Made by a program: the position numbers and the translations under genes. This document shows positions 62,201-64,000 of a DNA stretch of 64,000 nt, in pieces (within the stretch, counting starts at the first letter, position 1; every line of letters begins with the position of its first letter). The notes beneath the pieces are model-generated. The model was given only the letters and a program-made list of their open reading frames with translations. It searched no databases and had not been told where the DNA came from. Source of the DNA: Amoebophrya sp. A120 (Eukaryota; Protista; Dinoflagellata); contig CAJINV010000018.1 of the NCBI GenBank assembly GCA_905178155.1, positions 972,609 to 1,036,608 of the forward strand, read 5' to 3'.

Positions 62201-62659
62201 TCAAAGCTTCAGGCAGATGATCGAAGAGCATAGCCGTCATCATGCTCTCGTTTTCTACTCTTGGTTATCTTCAAAATTTCATTTTTAGAGTTGTGAAACC
62301 GTGCCATGTATTCATCAAAACAGGAATACATTTACATCTGTCATTACGAACGTCACGTAGCTCGTCGGCGGGAAGTAAAAAACATACAAAAAAATTCTTT
62401 TGGCTACACCTAGTCGTACATTGTAGTTGATTGTGAATCAGTGTGATTTGTAGTTTTGCGTCCAATTGTTCCATTTGCCTTTGCTCAGCTTGTTCAATAG
62501 CCGGTTGTGAGTACTAGTACTTAGCTATCGGTCCAAAACAACTTAAATTTGACGTTGACTTGCTTCACTTCTACCAGAAAAGACATAGATTTTCGTTTTT
62601 TCCTTTTCGTTTTCGACAAAAAAATATTTGAAATACGCTTTCTCGCAAAAGAATCCCTC

Positions 62660-62711
62660 CTAGCGTTTCTTCGTTTTGATCTGCATGCCGCCCACTTTCC
62701 CGGGTTGCCCC
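62660..62711 (-). CDS. Probable terminal exon (...GQPGKVGGMQIKTKKR*) of a gene lying beyond the right edge
   Basis: GC-rich open frame ending in TAG, abutting an introner end at 62712. Confidence 0.4.
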
Positions 62712-62780
62712 TATCCTGAGCAAAAACGGTCCCACCCCGTATTGATTTATATCAACTTGGGAAATTAAAAAGACAAATCA
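62712..62780. mobile_element. Introner family B left end with no partner end in the window
   Basis: TATCCTGAGCAAAAACGGTCCCACCCC...TCAACTTGGGAAAT; similarity to family B stops at ~62780. Confidence 0.75.
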
Positions 62781-64000
62781 AAATTTAATTTTTTCTTTTT
62801 TTTGCCTGCGGGAGGGGCTCAGCCTCTATTCGGCTACCCGCATGCAAAAAAAAAGAAAAAGAAGAAAAGGAAAAGGGGCAGGGCGCCCGTACACACAAAG
62901 AGGTTGACACCCTTCCTCGAGTATGTCGCTCTGCTGAAGCAGCGGAGGCAGGGACAAGTATTATTCTTGCCGCTAGTATAATACTTTCGATTTTTGCGCT
63001 ATTGTCGTGCCATACATACAAAGGACATACAGACATCACGATCCGTAGAGGCTCAACAGGCCTCCAGAGTCGCGACTTCATACATATACTTACAAAACCT
63101 ACATAGACTTTAGCGTAAAAATCTATCTCGGCCTCCCACTGATCAGCAGCGCATGCTTGCCTTACCTCTGCATGCAAAACTGTTGGTGTGTCTTAGAGGT
63201 AATTCAAGCACACAGATACTACAATCATGCATAGTTCGACATACTTCCCTCCTCTTTTGAAAATTTAGAACCCACACCCAGCAGAATATGTTGCCGTCGG
63301 TCTGGTCGGCACTAACCACCCCGGGGCGGCGATAATCGAAATGGTGGCAGTGCCCTTAGCTCATTCTGCTGGACTCGATGAGAACTAAATGCGCAAAAGT
63401 GCGTCGTCCCTAGTTGTGTGTCTTTCCCTTTTCTTGATCAGTCCTTATTGATAAATTCTCCCGGTTGTGCGATGCGACTGCATGTTGGTCCCAGATAGCA
63501 ACATCGGCGCTGTGTGTGAATCGTATCGCCCGTTTGATCTCTGTTGCTATGTGTGACGTGGTCAGGCGCAGTGCGCTTCCACGTCAGTACCTGTCCCGTC
63601 CTGCCCTTGATTCGTATGCACTCTGCCGCACTGCATTTGTAACTCCCGCCATGGATAAACAGATAGCTCCCCGAGCCTGACTGTTACTTTGCTATGATGC
63701 GGCAACACTATAGCAAGGAGATTGCAGACCCGTTCGTATCTGGCGCCTCTTTTTTTTCTTTCCTGCGCCTCTTTCTCTTCTCCTCTTTGCTTCACTTACC
63801 ATTAAATGTGAGTAACAAGAACTATCTATTGTTAAAAATATCTAAAAACAGACGGAATAATGTGTACCTCTCCTACCACGTACCATTCCGCCTCCGTGGA
63901 TGTCAGCACACTGCATCTATCGTTTTTATTCCGTACATCAAAATTTTCTCACTTTATTTCCCTAGGACTTCGCTTTCCTCATGACATGTCTTATTTTTGC

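Noticed and set aside
61896-62474. Cys-containing minus-strand ORFs as a zinc-finger gene
   Set aside because: They are short, interrupted by stops and match no family I recognise.

Overview
Eukaryotic genomic DNA, most likely from a syndinian dinoflagellate parasite of the Amoebophrya type. This is an inference from the architecture: every recognisable gene is on the minus strand, and the coding exons are broken by non-GT-AG introns with TAT-N7-AAAA terminal inverted repeats (TIRs). The window holds the 5' part of a crooked-neck (CRN/CLF1/SYF3) spliceosome gene, a divergent PPP-family Ser/Thr phosphatase, four large low-complexity genes of unknown function (one about 3,740 aa and Q/N-rich), a poly-Q ORF, and the last exon of a gene that lies beyond the window. 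The dominant structure is about 55 MITE-like introner elements in at least 11 TIR families. They are bounded by TAT...ATA, flanked by 5-bp target-site duplications (TSDs), inserted in both orientations and found only inside coding sequence. Removing an element plus one TSD copy restores the reading frame wherever I traced it by hand. Introners as a class are already known in Amoebophrya. Features I do not recall being described: (1) family lengths fall on a ~26-bp ladder (about 155/210/236/262/288/314); (2) all families share a helically phased GCAT(G/C/T)ACAA motif; (3) elements come in pairs around 19-63-nt micro-exons; (4) other mobile DNAs are nested inside introners at that motif, namely a 3.1-kb insert with a 19-bp TSD and structured tandem modules and a 96-bp (TGAT)n-tailed insert; (5) a 1.14-kb pseudo-palindromic TIR element of a different type also sits in an intron position. 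Coordinates were read by hand and may be off by 1-2 nt.
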